Shown: positions 11,319-21,588, numbered from the stretch's first letter. The stretch: DNA of 64,000 bases from Azonexus sp. (GCA_017983615.1 JAGOBB010000009.1:6257-70256); one strand, 5' to 3'. Notes: generated from the letters alone by a model not told the origin. Made by a program: numbers and translations.

Positions 11319-13669
11319 GCGGCCATCCGGGATTCGGCAGGCTTGTTGGCCGTCGCGACGTTGTAGTCGAAGGGAAAATCGTCGACCCGGACAACAATGT
11401 CGCGCAGGTGGTTGCGCAGCGTCATGACCTCGAATTCGGCGGTGGTGATCACCCCTGCCTCGAAAGCGACGATGGCGATGTCGCGCACATTGGCCCGCGG
11501 ATTGTTGTCGAAATGGCCGGCCTTTTCGGCTTCGCGGATCTTGGCTTCAATCGGTTCGGCCTGCAGCGTCGCGCGCAGCGCCAGTTCAATGGCGCCGACC
11601 GGCTCGTGCTCGGTCAGCGGCAGGTAGCACTCGGCGGTCAGGCGGTCGCGGGTGGCCGACGGGGCGATCAGGGTCTTGGCGACTTCGTGGCCGACCTCGT
11701 CGGAGGGCACCACGTAGGGGTGGCCCCACGGGAAGATCGAGCGGCGCAGGAAGGAAGCGATGAAGCGGACCGGGAAATTGGCGATCACGCCCTCAAAGGC
11801 TTCCTGCGCCTTGTACATCGCGTCCCAGATCGCCCAGTGGGCGAGCGGCGCGTCAGCGGCCTTCCGGCCTTCTGACTCGTAGCGCTTCAGCGTGCAGGAG
11901 ATCAGGTACATCTGGGCGAGGATGTCGCCGAGGCGGGCCGACAGCTTTTCGCGGCGCTTGACGCTGCCGCCGAGCACCAGCAGCGAGATGTCAGCCATGA
12001 AGGCAAAGGCGGCCGAGAAGCGCGTCAGTTGCTGGTAGTAGCGCTTCATTTCGGGCGCCGTATCGACATTGACCGTGGCGAAGTGCGAGCCGGTCATGCC
12101 CAGCCACAGCGCGCGGAAGCCGTTGCGAATGGTGAAGCCGATATGGCCGAACAGCGCCTTGTCGAAATCGACCAGGCCCTGCTTGTGGTCCGGGTTCTGC
12201 GCCGCCTGCATTTCCGGCAGCAGATACGGATGGCAGCGGATGGCGCCCTGACCGAAGACGATCAGCGAGCGGGTCAGGATGTTGGCGCCTTCGACGGTGA
12301 TGCCGATCGGGATCTGCTGGTAGGCGCGGCCGAGGAAATTTGACGGGCCGAGGCAGATGCCCTTGCCGCCGATGACGTCCATGCCGTCATTGACCACCTG
12401 GCGGGCGCGCTCGGTGACGTGGTACTTGGCGATGGCCGAGACAACCGACGGCTTCTCGCCGAGATCGACGGCGCCCGCCGTCATCTTGCGCACCGCATCC
12501 ATCAGGTAGGTGTAGGCGCCGATGCGGGTCAGCGCTTCCTCGACGCCTTCGAACCTGCCGACCGCCATCTTGAACTGCGAACGCACGCGGGCATAGCCGC
12601 CGACAGCACGCGCCGTCATCTGAGCCATGCCGGTGTTCGACGAGGGCAGCGAAATCGAGCGGCCGGCCGCCAGGCATTCCATTAGCATCCGCCAGCCCTG
12701 CCCGGCCATCGCCGGGCCGCCGATGATGAAGTCGAGCGGCATGAAGACCTCGGTGCCGCGCGTCGGGCCGTTCATGAACATGGCGTTCAACGGGAAGTGG
12801 CGGCGGCCGGTATCGACGCCCGGATGATCGTAGGGTACCAGCGCGCAGGTGATGCCAACGTGCTTCTTGTCACCCAACAGGCCGTCCGGGTCGTAGAGGT
12901 GGAAGGCCAGGCCGAAGACCGTGCACACCGGGGCCAGCGTGATGTAGCGCTTGTCCCACGAAACGCGCATGCCGAGCACTTCCTTGCCCTGGTAGATGCC
13001 CTTGCAGACGACGCCGCTGTCCGGGATGGAGGCCGCATCGGAACCGGCCCACGGGCTGGTCAGCGCGAAGGCCGGGACTTCGATGCCCTTGGCCAGGCGC
13101 GGCAGGTAGTGGCTTTTCTGCGCTTCGGTGCCGTAGTGCAGCAGCAGTTCGGCCGGGCCGAGCGAGTTGGGCACCATGACTGACACCGACAGCGCCGACG
13201 AGCGCGTCGACAGCTTGGTCACCACCTGCGAATGGGCGTAGGCCGAGAATTCCAGGCCGCCGTACTTCTTCGGGATGATCATGCCGAGGAAGCCCTTGTC
13301 CTTGATGTAGCGCCAGGCTTCGGCCGGCAGGTCGTAGAGCTCCTGCGTCACCTGCCAGTCGTCGACCAGGCGGCAGGCTTCGGCGCATTCCTTGTCGAGG
13401 AAGGACTGCTCTTCCGGCGTCAGCCTGGGCACCGGGTAGGCGTGCAGCTTGCGCCAGTCCGGCGCACCGCGGAACAACTCCCCCTCCCACCAGACGGTGC
13501 CGGCTTCGAGCGCGTCGCGCTCGGTGTCGGACATCTGCGGCAGCACCTTGCGGTAGGTGGAAAATATGGGCCGGGTGATGATCGCCCGGCGGATCGGCCG
13601 GACGATGATCAAAACGACCAGGACCGCCAGGGCTGTGAGCCCCAGCGGCAGGATGAAGCTTTCAAACAT
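11315..13669 (-). CDS. fadE: Long acyl-CoA dehydrogenase (FadE type)
   Basis: N-terminal TM, LPQMSDTERDALEAGTVWWEGELF, VPNSLGPAELL, ITVEGANILTR. Confidence 0.95.
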   Translation of the reverse strand: MFESFILPLGLTALAVLVVLIIVRPIRRAIITRPIFSTYRKVLPQMSDTERDALEAGTVWWEGELFRGAPDWRKLHAYPVPRLTPEEQSFLDKECAEACRLVDDWQVTQELYDLPAEAWRYIKDKGFLGMIIPKKYGGLEFSAYAHSQVVTKLSTRSSALSVSVMVPNSLGPAELLLHYGTEAQKSHYLPRLAKGIEVPAFALTSPWAGSDAASIPDSGVVCKGIYQGKEVLGMRVSWDKRYITLAPVCTVFGLAFHLYDPDGLLGDKKHVGITCALVPYDHPGVDTGRRHFPLNAMFMNGPTRGTEVFMPLDFIIGGPAMAGQGWRMLMECLAAGRSISLPSSNTGMAQMTARAVGGYARVRSQFKMAVGRFEGVEEALTRIGAYTYLMDAVRKMTAGAVDLGEKPSVVSAIAKYHVTERARQVVNDGMDVIGGKGICLGPSNFLGRAYQQIPIGITVEGANILTRSLIVFGQGAIRCHPYLLPEMQAAQNPDHKQGLVDFDKALFGHIGFTIRNGFRALWLGMTGSHFATVNVDTAPEMKRYYQQLTRFSAAFAFMADISLLVLGGSVKRREKLSARLGDILAQMYLISCTLKRYESEGRKAADAPLAHWAIWDAMYKAQEAFEGVIANFPVRFIASFLRRSIFPWGHPYVVPSDEVGHEVAKTLIAPSATRDRLTAECYLPLTEHEPVGAIELALRATLQAEPIEAKIREAEKAGHFDNNPRANVRDIAIVAFEAGVITTAEFEVMTLRNHLRDIVVRVDDFPFDYNVATANKPAESRMAA

Positions 13670-13719
13670 GCGGATTGTCTCCAGATTTGGTTTTTTGATT
13701 TTTGGTCGATTTTTGCCAT

Positions 13720-13733
13720 CGACCGTAGCATTT
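13720..13733 (-). repeat. Dispersed motif copy 4
   Basis: AAATGCTACGGTCG atggc AAAAAT cgacc AAAAAT; begins on the last base of the TetR stop codon. Confidence 0.9.
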
Positions 13734-14392
13734 CAATACTGCGGCAGCGGTGCGCGCAGGCCACCGATCAGGAAGGACATCAGGCGCGGCACAAGACGGT
13801 CAAGGCGGTCCGTCGAGTCTTCTTCCTCGATCTGCCAGTCGGTGACCAGACGCAGGGCATCGGTCCCGGCAATGGCGTAGGAGGTCGCGCCGAGCATGAA
13901 GTGGAAACGCCAGACGATCTCGGCCTTGGGCACTTCCGGCAAGGCCTTGAACAGCGCCTCCTTGTAGCGATCCATGACCGCCTTGTATTCATGCGCCAGG
14001 AACGCGCGGATGAACTCGGACGGTTCGGTCAGCGTACGCCCGAGCAGGCGGAGGAATGTCATGCCGCCCCGCTTCTCGTCGCCAGCCATGCGCAACAGCG
14101 TGCCGAAGAAAGCGTCGACAATGACCGACGGCTTGAGCGGCTCCCCGTTGGCCTCGCGCTCCAGTTCGTCGATGACGCGCATGCGTTCCTCGTTCAGCCA
14201 ATCCAGCCGACGCCGGAAGACTTCCTGCATCAGCGATTCCTTGGACCCGAAATGGTAATTTACCGCCGCCAGATTGACCCCGGCCTCGCCGGTGATCTGG
14301 CGCATCGAGGTTCCTTCGTAGCCATGCGCCATGAACAGGCGCTCGGCGGCATCAAGAATGCGTTCCCCGGTATCGAGCGTACGAGCTTCCAT
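13733..14392 (-). CDS. psrA: TetR-family regulator, PsrA-like (fatty acid degradation)
   Basis: TGERILDAAERLF...AGVNLAAVNYHFGSK HTH, WRFHFMLGA; heads the fad cluster and has a cognate-looking operator upstream. Confidence 0.8.
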   Translation of the reverse strand: MEARTLDTGERILDAAERLFMAHGYEGTSMRQITGEAGVNLAAVNYHFGSKESLMQEVFRRRLDWLNEERMRVIDELEREANGEPLKPSVIVDAFFGTLLRMAGDEKRGGMTFLRLLGRTLTEPSEFIRAFLAHEYKAVMDRYKEALFKALPEVPKAEIVWRFHFMLGATSYAIAGTDALRLVTDWQIEEEDSTDRLDRLVPRLMSFLIGGLRAPLPQY

Positions 14393-14410
14393 GATGACCC
14401 CCTCCTGTGA

Positions 14411-14428
14411 TTCATACGTTCGTTTAAA
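14411..14428. promoter_or_regulatory. PsrA-type operator (autoregulation/fadE operon)
   Basis: TTCATACGTTCGTTTAAA, 18 nt upstream of the TetR start. Confidence 0.7.
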
Positions 14429-14750
14429 GCATAGGAAAAAATTCGGGCGGAATCAAGAATTATTTTTATTTCAACCTTGAAACCTCAGTTGGACGCGGCT
14501 GATGGCGCGTTTGGGCAGGATGGCTGGCGCGAAGCGACGATATGGTCCCTGCGCAGCAGGGATCGGTATCCCTTGCGGAAGCGGGCAGGCTCATGCCTGC
14601 AAGGAGGAGCGACAAAGCCGGACGCCCGACCATGCGTGCCAGCAGTTGCGTAGCGCTGTCACCCAACGGGTGAATCGCCGCGAAGGCACAATGGCGTGTG
14701 TTCATGCGGCTAGCCATTGATGGATAAGCGGTCAACTGGGGTTTCGAAGT

Positions 14751-17700
14751 TCATGAATTGCGGGCGCGGATGAAGGCTTCGGCTTCGTCCGCCGGAATGG
14801 GCCGGCTGAACAGGTAGCCCTGTACCAGATCGCAACCGCGACCCCGCAGATAATCCAGCTGTGCTTCTGTCTCGACACCCTCCGCAACCACGGTCAGCCC
14901 GAGATTGTGGGCCAGGCCGATGGTGGCATCGCAGATCACCGAACCGTCGGTATCCTGACCGATCTCCTCGACAAAGCTGCGATCGAGCTTGAGGTTGTTG
15001 ATCGGGAACATGCGCAGGTAGCTCAGCGACGAATAGCCGGTCCCGAAATCGTCGATCGCCACGCTGACGCCCATGCTGTGCAGGATATCGAGCACGCGCA
15101 CGGTCTCCGCCGGCTGCTCCATGGCGACCGACTCGGTGATTTCGAATACCAGATCGGCAGGGCTCAAGCCCAGCGTGTCGACCGCCTGGCTGAGCAATTT
15201 CGGCAGGTTGCCGTTGCGCATCTGGATGGCCGAGATATTGATGCCCATCTTGACGCCGGAAATACCCGCTTGGGAATACGCCACCAGTTGCCGGCAGGCC
15301 GCCCAGAAGACCCATTCGCCGAGCGGCTGGATCAATCCCGTTTCCTCGGCCACGCCAATGAAACGCACCGGTGGCAGCAAGCCCCTTTCCGGATGGTTCC
15401 AGCGAACCAGGGCCTCGAGCCCGGCCACCCGACCGGTGTTCAGGTTGATCACCGGCTGGAAATGCAGGCAAAACTCGTCACGCGCCAGCGCCAGGCGCAA
15501 GTCGTGTTCGATGCGCAGGCGTTCGACCGCCGCATCGTTCATCTTGGCATCAAAAAACTGGAAATTGTTCCGCCCTTCCATCTTGGCGTGATACATCGCT
15601 GCATCGGCGTTCTTCATCAGTATCTCGCCGTCGGCGCCATCGGTCGGAAACAGCGCGATCCCGATACTAGGCGTCGTGTACAGATCATGCCCGCTAATCT
15701 GGCAGGGCTGGCCAACGCTGGCCACCAGCTTCTCGGCAACCAGCGCCACCGTACTGCCATGTTCGACGTTTGCCAGCATGACCACGAATTCGTCGCCACC
15801 CAAGCGTGCCACCACGTCGCTGTCACGCACCGTTTCGCGCAGGCGCCGGGCGACCTCGATTAACAACTGGTCGCCAACATGATGGCCCAGCGTGTCGTTG
15901 ATCACCTCGAAACGATCGAGGTCGATGAACATCAGCGCAATCCGCCTCCCGTCGCGGCGGGCGCCGGACAGCGCCTGGTCAAGCCGCTCCTTCAGGCTGA
16001 AGCGGTTGAGCAGACCGGTCAGCATGTCGTGATGCGCGATATGGTGCAATCGCTCCTCGGCGGCGCGTTCGGACGAGACGTCGGTAAAGTGCGCGACGTG
16101 ATAGCGGACATTCCCCTCGTCGTCGCGGATCAGCGAAATCGACATCCACTTCGGGTACACCCCGCCATCCTTCCGGCGGTCCCATATCTCGCCCTGCCAG
16201 AACCCGCGCTCGTTGATGTCGTGCCACATCCACTCGTATTCTTCCTGCGTCGTCCGACCCGCCGACAGGAAACTTGGATTGCGCCCCATCGCCTCCTCAG
16301 CGCTGTAACCGGTCAGGCTGGTAAACGCCGGGTTCACGGTAATGATCCTGTTGTCGGCATCGGTGATCACGATTGCCTCGCCGCTGTACTGGACGGCGCT
16401 GGCCAGCAGGTGCATCTGCGCCTCCATCTGCTGCTGCGCAGTCATGTCCTGCGAGGTGCCGATCGCCCGCAAGGGCGCACCATCCTTGTCGTACTCTATC
16501 TCGCAACATTCCAGCACGTGCTTGATCCGGCCGTCCGGAAACATCAGGCGATGCCTGATCGATACGGGATGCCGCTCGTTGATTGATTCATTCAGCGCCG
16601 CATCGACCGCGGCCCGGTCATCCGGATGCACCTGAGCCAGAAAATCCTGGTATCGCGCCCGTCCTTCAGGATAGGAGGCTACCTCGAAGATACGGAACAA
16701 TTCCTCTGAACCATCGACCTGCATGGTCGCCAGTTCAATCTCCCAACTGCCAAGACCGGCGATTCGTTGCGCCGCCTTCAACTGGTCCCGATGGCGCCGC
16801 AAATACTCGTTGGCCGCCCGCTCCCGCCGCTGCGCCTGGAACATTACGAACAGCACGTAAAGCATGCTAGCCAGCAATGCCGTGCCCAATCCGCCGACGA
16901 TCAAGGCACGCTGCCGCCAGAAGGCCATCACGTCGGCCTCGGAAAATCCGACCAGCACATAGAACGGATAGTTTTCGAGAACACGGTAACCATAGAGGCG
17001 CGTCACCCCGTCCGCCTGGGCGGCGAATTCCAGTACGCCCACCCGCTCGCCAGCCATAACGCGCTGATAGACGGGGTGCTTCGGCTCCAGGCGACGATTG
17101 ATTTCAGCCGGTGCCGCTGGCCTCCGGACGACCAGCGTATGCGTGTCGCTACGCCGGATAGCCAAGGCCCCTGCGCTTCCCAGGCGGACCGCATCGAACA
17201 ACTGCTCGAAGTAAGCCAGCTCGATGGCAGCGCTGACCATCCCGACGAATTTCCCGTCACTCGACCAGACTGCCCGCGCTGCGGCAATCGAGGGCCGCCC
17301 GGTAATCCGCGACGTCACCACATCGGAAAACTGCAACTCCGTGCCCCCTGCCTTCTGCAGCAACTGGAAATATGGGCGATCCGCCAGGTTGACGTAGTCC
17401 CCGCCGCCGGAGAGATACAACACCCGGCCGGACGCATCAACGACGCGAAAACCCGCGACCTCGGGAAAAGCCCGCTGCTGGCGCGCTAGGTCCTTTTCAA
17501 TGGCAGCCCGGTAGCGCGGCGCAGCAGCAGCGACCAAGGCCTCCTTCGGCAAACGTTCGGCCAACTCGTCTAGCGTCGCGTCAATCCGCCGCAAGGTGGC
17601 TTCAAATCGCGCCTCCAGCAGGCCCGACTGACTACTGGCAATTTGCCCCGCCTCGGCCCAGACATCCCGATATGCCGACCAAAGGACGTAGGACAACAAG

Positions 17701-17783
17701 AGGAAGCCGCCGATCACAAGCGGAATCAGGGCGATCCAGAGTTGATGCCCGTTACGGCCACGCTGATCCGGCGTTGTATCCAT
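14751..17783 (-). CDS. Membrane Cache-PAS-PAS-GGDEF-EAL diguanylate cyclase/phosphodiesterase
   Basis: Two TM segments around a Cache-like domain (ADRPYF, SRITGRP), PAS motifs, RLGGDEF, EALVRW, DDFGTGYSS, EGVET, QGY. Confidence 0.93.
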   Translation of the reverse strand: MDTTPDQRGRNGHQLWIALIPLVIGGFLLLSYVLWSAYRDVWAEAGQIASSQSGLLEARFEATLRRIDATLDELAERLPKEALVAAAAPRYRAAIEKDLARQQRAFPEVAGFRVVDASGRVLYLSGGGDYVNLADRPYFQLLQKAGGTELQFSDVVTSRITGRPSIAAARAVWSSDGKFVGMVSAAIELAYFEQLFDAVRLGSAGALAIRRSDTHTLVVRRPAAPAEINRRLEPKHPVYQRVMAGERVGVLEFAAQADGVTRLYGYRVLENYPFYVLVGFSEADVMAFWRQRALIVGGLGTALLASMLYVLFVMFQAQRRERAANEYLRRHRDQLKAAQRIAGLGSWEIELATMQVDGSEELFRIFEVASYPEGRARYQDFLAQVHPDDRAAVDAALNESINERHPVSIRHRLMFPDGRIKHVLECCEIEYDKDGAPLRAIGTSQDMTAQQQMEAQMHLLASAVQYSGEAIVITDADNRIITVNPAFTSLTGYSAEEAMGRNPSFLSAGRTTQEEYEWMWHDINERGFWQGEIWDRRKDGGVYPKWMSISLIRDDEGNVRYHVAHFTDVSSERAAEERLHHIAHHDMLTGLLNRFSLKERLDQALSGARRDGRRIALMFIDLDRFEVINDTLGHHVGDQLLIEVARRLRETVRDSDVVARLGGDEFVVMLANVEHGSTVALVAEKLVASVGQPCQISGHDLYTTPSIGIALFPTDGADGEILMKNADAAMYHAKMEGRNNFQFFDAKMNDAAVERLRIEHDLRLALARDEFCLHFQPVINLNTGRVAGLEALVRWNHPERGLLPPVRFIGVAEETGLIQPLGEWVFWAACRQLVAYSQAGISGVKMGINISAIQMRNGNLPKLLSQAVDTLGLSPADLVFEITESVAMEQPAETVRVLDILHSMGVSVAIDDFGTGYSSLSYLRMFPINNLKLDRSFVEEIGQDTDGSVICDATIGLAHNLGLTVVAEGVETEAQLDYLRGRGCDLVQGYLFSRPIPADEAEAFIRARNS

Positions 17784-17825
17784 GTATTGTTGTTTGCAGT
17801 CGGCGCTATCGAATGACCATTCTGC

Positions 17826-18383
17826 TCATGCGGACTTTGAATTGCAAACACTCTCCGGCAGGGAACGGGGGTTTGCCTGGGAATATTGGATGAAACGACA
17901 CACCACATCCTGCCCGCTGCTGTTTTCACGCAGCGCCTGGACCGACTCGTCGACCACCGCCCATTCATCCAACGGTATTTCCCCGGGAAAGAAGCTGTCC
18001 CCCGCGTACGGCTGCTCGATCCGGGTCAGGTAGAAGCGGTCGCAATACGGCCAGGCGGCTGCGTAAAGCGACGCCCCGCCGATTACGAAAACAGGTTTTC
18101 CGGTCACCAGCGCCCGCTGCAAGCCCTCCTCGACCGAAGCCACGCGGGTACATCCCGGGCGCAAGACCAGATCGGCCTGGTGGGTCACGACAAACGAATC
18201 CTCGGGCACGACGTCCATCGACTCGTAGGTTAGCCGCCCAATCACCAGCGCCGCACCGGCCACCGTCTTCTCGAAATAAGCCAGTTCCTCGGGAATATCC
18301 CAGGGCAGCCAGCCATTGAGGCCGATGGCCCCATTGCTGGACACCGCCCCGATGGCGGAGATCAGCGTTTTGTCCTGGCCCAT
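17826..18383 (-). CDS. Dihydrofolate reductase-like protein (atypical)
   Basis: NGAIG..GWLPWDIPEEL, GRLTYES, VIGGASLY, GDSFFP; lacks the LPGR motif. Confidence 0.85.
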   Translation of the reverse strand: MGQDKTLISAIGAVSSNGAIGLNGWLPWDIPEELAYFEKTVAGAALVIGRLTYESMDVVPEDSFVVTHQADLVLRPGCTRVASVEEGLQRALVTGKPVFVIGGASLYAAAWPYCDRFYLTRIEQPYAGDSFFPGEIPLDEWAVVDESVQALRENSSGQDVVCRFIQYSQANPRSLPESVCNSKSA

Positions 18384-18745
18384 TGCTCGCGCGTCAGCGA
18401 CAGCGAAATGGCCGGCGTACCCTGGCCGTTGTAAACATGGGGCTTGTGCATCAAAACATGGGCCGAACTGACGACTGCCATGCCGAAGATGGCATCCATC
18501 ACCTCGAGAATGCTCGACTCCAGGCAGATGCTATGGGGATTTTTCTCCAGGGCGCGAATGGCCAGAAAGATCACCTCGTAATCCACTACCTGCCGGATGT
18601 CGTGCGGATTCGCCACGGCCTCGATCGGCGCCCAAGCATCGGCATGTACGATCACCGCCTGCGGCCCGTGCTGTTCCAGCGGATTGCAGCCGGTTCGCAA
18701 TTGGATCGTGGCATCCACGGAAGCACACCAGTGGTTGGCTAACAC
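18362..18745 (-). CDS. FolB/FolX-like (dihydroneopterin aldolase/epimerase fold) protein
   Basis: GCNPLE...Q, VVDY, LES, KP residues spaced as in FolB; 127 aa; AAGGAG RBS. Confidence 0.65.
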   Translation of the reverse strand: MLANHWCASVDATIQLRTGCNPLEQHGPQAVIVHADAWAPIEAVANPHDIRQVVDYEVIFLAIRALEKNPHSICLESSILEVMDAIFGMAVVSSAHVLMHKPHVYNGQGTPAISLSLTREQWARTKR

Positions 18746-18817
18746 ACATCACTCCTTGACTCGGTTGTCGGTTTGAACGGCGTTCACGATACCAAAGCCG
18801 CACCATCGCGCAGGCAT

Positions 18818-18839
18818 AAAAAAGGACGCCCCAGCGTCC
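18818..18839 (-). terminator. Intrinsic terminator after the two small hypothetical genes
   Basis: GGACGC-4 nt-GCGTCC followed by TTTTTT on the minus strand. Confidence 0.65.
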
Positions 18840-18864
18840 ATCGCAACAAAAATCACGGAATTGT

Positions 18865-19263
18865 TCAGGCCGTGACGTTGACCAGCGTTCCCGTCTCCTG
18901 CCCGAAAGCGTTAACCACCGGCGCCGACGAGGCAGCCGTTGCTACAACCTCCGGCTGAAGAATCTGGCCGATCTGAACGCGCAGGTCGCTCAGTTGCGCC
19001 TCGACCTTGCCCAGCGAACTCATCCCGGCCACGCCGCGCCTGGCCTCGCTGGCCTGGCCCTGGGCCTGATCCGACTCGACCTTCAGGGAACGGGCATTTT
19101 GCTGGGCCTGATCGGCGACCGACTGGGCCGCACGCGCTTTCTCGCGCAATGCGCTGGCGCGCTGCTCGGCCTGATCGGCGCTACGCGAAGCCAGTTGCTG
19201 CTGGAGCTGCGCCCACAACGCACTGCCGCCGGCCTGCGCGCTGGATGATGATCCTATCGGCAT
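18865..19263 (-). CDS. Hypothetical coiled-coil protein, C-terminus PVVNAFGQETGTLVNVTA
   Basis: Gln/Ala-rich ORF; shares its C-terminal motif with the neighbouring ORF. Confidence 0.7.
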   Translation of the reverse strand: MPIGSSSSAQAGGSALWAQLQQQLASRSADQAEQRASALREKARAAQSVADQAQQNARSLKVESDQAQGQASEARRGVAGMSSLGKVEAQLSDLRVQIGQILQPEVVATAASSAPVVNAFGQETGTLVNVTA

Positions 19264-19296
19264 CCGGGCAATCCCAGTCTGGTGACTGCCACGCGA

Positions 19297-19509
19297 TCAG
19301 GCGGTAACGCTGATCGTCGTTCCGGTCTGCTGCCCCTGAGCATTGACGACCGGACGAGGCGCCTCTTCCTTGCGCTCGACTCGCTCTTCGGGCGGCCGCT
19401 CGCGCTGCCTTTCGGCCTGCTGGCTTTGCTGCGCCTGTTGCGACTGGTTGGTCTGAGCGCCGCTATTGGTGTAGGCGCTGATGCTGGAAGTCACTGATTG
19501 GACGGCCAT
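19297..19509 (-). CDS. Small hypothetical protein, C-terminus PVVNAQGQQTGTTISVTA
   Basis: ATG after a G-rich RBS; shared C-terminal motif. Confidence 0.7.
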   Translation of the reverse strand: MAVQSVTSSISAYTNSGAQTNQSQQAQQSQQAERQRERPPEERVERKEEAPRPVVNAQGQQTGTTISVTA

Positions 19510-19578
19510 ATTCCCCCCTGACAACGAATGTTTACATTCTAACTTTACAGCATTCGCCAGATATTTCCAGAAGTATCC

Positions 19579-19592
19579 ATTTGCTACGGTCG
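19579..19592 (+). repeat. Dispersed motif copy 5 (variant)
   Basis: ATTTGCTACGGTCG ccgc AAAAAAAT ggc AAAAA; intergenic. Confidence 0.85.
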
Positions 19593-19655
19593 CCGCAAAA
19601 AAATGGCAAAAACCGTGAATTTCCGGCCTGCGCGCCAAATGCCATGCGCGCATAC

Positions 19656-19690
19656 AAAAAACCCGCAGAGCCTTGAGCCATGCGGGTTTT
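19656..19690 (-). terminator. Terminator downstream of tRNA-Val
   Basis: AAAACCCGCA...TGCGGGTTTT inverted repeat. Confidence 0.65.
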
Positions 19691-19708
19691 CAATCTGGTT
19701 GATCTGTT

Positions 19709-19783
19709 TGGTGCGAGCGGAGGGTTTCGAACCCCCGACCCCCGCCGTGTGAAGGCGATGCTCTACCCCTGAGCTACGCTCGC
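19709..19783 (-). tRNA. tRNA-Val(CAC)
   Basis: GCGAGCG...TCGCC TT CAC AC GGCGG...GGTTCGAAACC...CGCTCGC ACCA. Confidence 0.95.
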
Positions 19784-19940
19784 AAACCTTGGGATCAACG
19801 GCCACCTGGTACCAGTGGCGCTCGTGCAAGGCGCGGAAACGCCCGGCAGAGAGGCGCGCATTTAACCATAAGTGGGGCAGCGGGTCAAACGCGGGTCGGC
19901 TAGAATAGCACCCTTCGTTTCCGACCAGATACCGCATTCC

Positions 19941-21335
19941 ATGAAGCCTGTCCGCACCCGTTTCGCCCCCAGCCCCACCGGTTACCTGCACATCGGCGGC
20001 GCCCGCACCGCGCTGTTCTCCTGGGCCTACGCCCGCCGCCATGGCGGTACCTTCATCCTGCGCATCGAGGACACCGACGTTGCCCGCTCGACGCCGGAAG
20101 CCGTCCAGGCCATCCTCGACGGCATGCAATGGCTCGGTCTGGAACACGACGAAGGCCCGTTCTACCAGATGCAGCGCATGGAGCGCTACAAAGCAGTGAT
20201 CCAGCAGATGCTGGCCGACGGCAGCGCCTATCAGTGCTACACGACCCGCGAGGAACTCGACGCCCTGCGCGCCGAACAGGAAGCGAAGAAGGAAAAGCCG
20301 CGCTACGACGGCCGCTGGCGCCCGGAGGCCGGCAAGGCCCTGCCAACACCGCCATCCGACGTGCCGCCGGTCATCCGCTTCAAAAATCCGAAAGACGGCG
20401 TCGTCGCCTGGGACGACCAGGTCAAGGGCCGCATCGAATTCGCCAACACGGAGCTGGACGACCTGATCATCGCCCGCGCCGACGGCACCCCGACCTACAA
20501 CTTCTGCGTCTGCGTCGACGACTGGGACATGGGCATCACCCACGTCATCCGCGGCGACGACCACGTCAACAACACGCCGCGCCAGATCAACATCCTCAAG
20601 GCGCTGGGCGCCGAGGTGCCGGTCTACGCACACCTGTCGATGATCCTCGGCGACGACGGCGCCAAGCTGTCGAAGCGGCACGGCGCGGTGTCGGTCATGC
20701 AATATGATGAGGATGGCTTCCTCACCGAAGCCGTGATCAACTACCTGGCCCGCCTCGGCTGGTCGCATGGCGACGACGAAGTCTTCTCGCGCCAGCAGTT
20801 CGTAGAGTGGTTCGACCTCGACCACATCACCGCCTCGGCCGCCCAGTTCAACACCGAAAAGCTGCTCTGGCTGAACCAGCATTACATGAAGCTGCTACCG
20901 CCGGCCGAGCTGGCGGCCAAGGTTCAACTCCGGCTGGCCGCCCGCGGCATCGATACCAGCGCCGGCCCCGATCTGGAAAAAGCGGCCGTCTTGTACGTCG
21001 ACCGTTGTAATACGCTGAACGTGCTGGCCGATGCCGTCGAGGTCTTCTACGCCCACGTCACTCCAAATCCGGAACTGCTCGCCCAGCATCTTTCCGACGA
21101 AGCCCGACCGGCGCTGGCTGAGTTTGCAGCCGGCATTGCCAATGTCGCCTGGGAAGTACCGGCGATCAACGCCCTGATCAAGGAAACGGTGACCAAGCAT
21201 GGCCTCAAGATGCCCAAGCTGGCGATGCCGCTGCGCGTCATCCTGACCGGTCAGGCGCAGACGCCGGCGGTCGATGCGGTGATCGCCCTGATCGGCCGTG
21301 ACAAGGTGGCCGCAGCCCTGACGCCGTATCTCTAA
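19941..21335 (+). CDS. gltX: Glutamate--tRNA ligase
   Basis: [26 protein letters not shown]. Confidence 0.97.
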   Translation: MKPVRTRFAPSPTGYLHIGGARTALFSWAYARRHGGTFILRIEDTDVARSTPEAVQAILDGMQWLGLEHDEGPFYQMQRMERYKAVIQQMLADGSAYQCYTTREELDALRAEQEAKKEKPRYDGRWRPEAGKALPTPPSDVPPVIRFKNPKDGVVAWDDQVKGRIEFANTELDDLIIARADGTPTYNFCVCVDDWDMGITHVIRGDDHVNNTPRQINILKALGAEVPVYAHLSMILGDDGAKLSKRHGAVSVMQYDEDGFLTEAVINYLARLGWSHGDDEVFSRQQFVEWFDLDHITASAAQFNTEKLLWLNQHYMKLLPPAELAAKVQLRLAARGIDTSAGPDLEKAAVLYVDRCNTLNVLADAVEVFYAHVTPNPELLAQHLSDEARPALAEFAAGIANVAWEVPAINALIKETVTKHGLKMPKLAMPLRVILTGQAQTPAVDAVIALIGRDKVAAALTPYL

Positions 21336-21352
21336 AAAATCGCGGAAGGCCC

Positions 21353-21381
21353 TTTACAAGGACCAATGAGGTCCCTATAAT
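21353..21381 (+). promoter_or_regulatory. Sigma70 promoter of the tRNA cluster
   Basis: TTTACA-N17-TATAAT followed by a GC-rich discriminator (GCGGCC). Confidence 0.8.
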
Positions 21382-21399
21382 GCGGCCTTCTTTCGCGGC

Positions 21400-21475
<76 letters not shown>

Positions 21476-21499
21476 AAGTGCGAAAGAAGAAACGTCCGG

Positions 21500-21575
21500 G
21501 TCCCCATCGTCTAGAGGCCTAGGACACCGCCCTTTCACGGCGGTAACCGGGGTTCGAATCCCCGTGGGGACGCCA
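21500..21575 (+). tRNA. tRNA-Glu(TTC)
   Basis: CCGCC CT TTC AC GGCGG, CCA end. Confidence 0.97.
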
Positions 21576-21588
21576 AGATTTCAAGCGC

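Noticed and set aside
14466-14735. 89-aa ORF between the EAL gene and psrA
   Set aside because: No motif or clear RBS; cannot be supported.
17826-18383. DHFR as a mobile dfrA trimethoprim-resistance cassette
   Set aside because: No integron, attC or IS context; it overlaps a FolB-like gene and lacks the folate-binding Arg motif.
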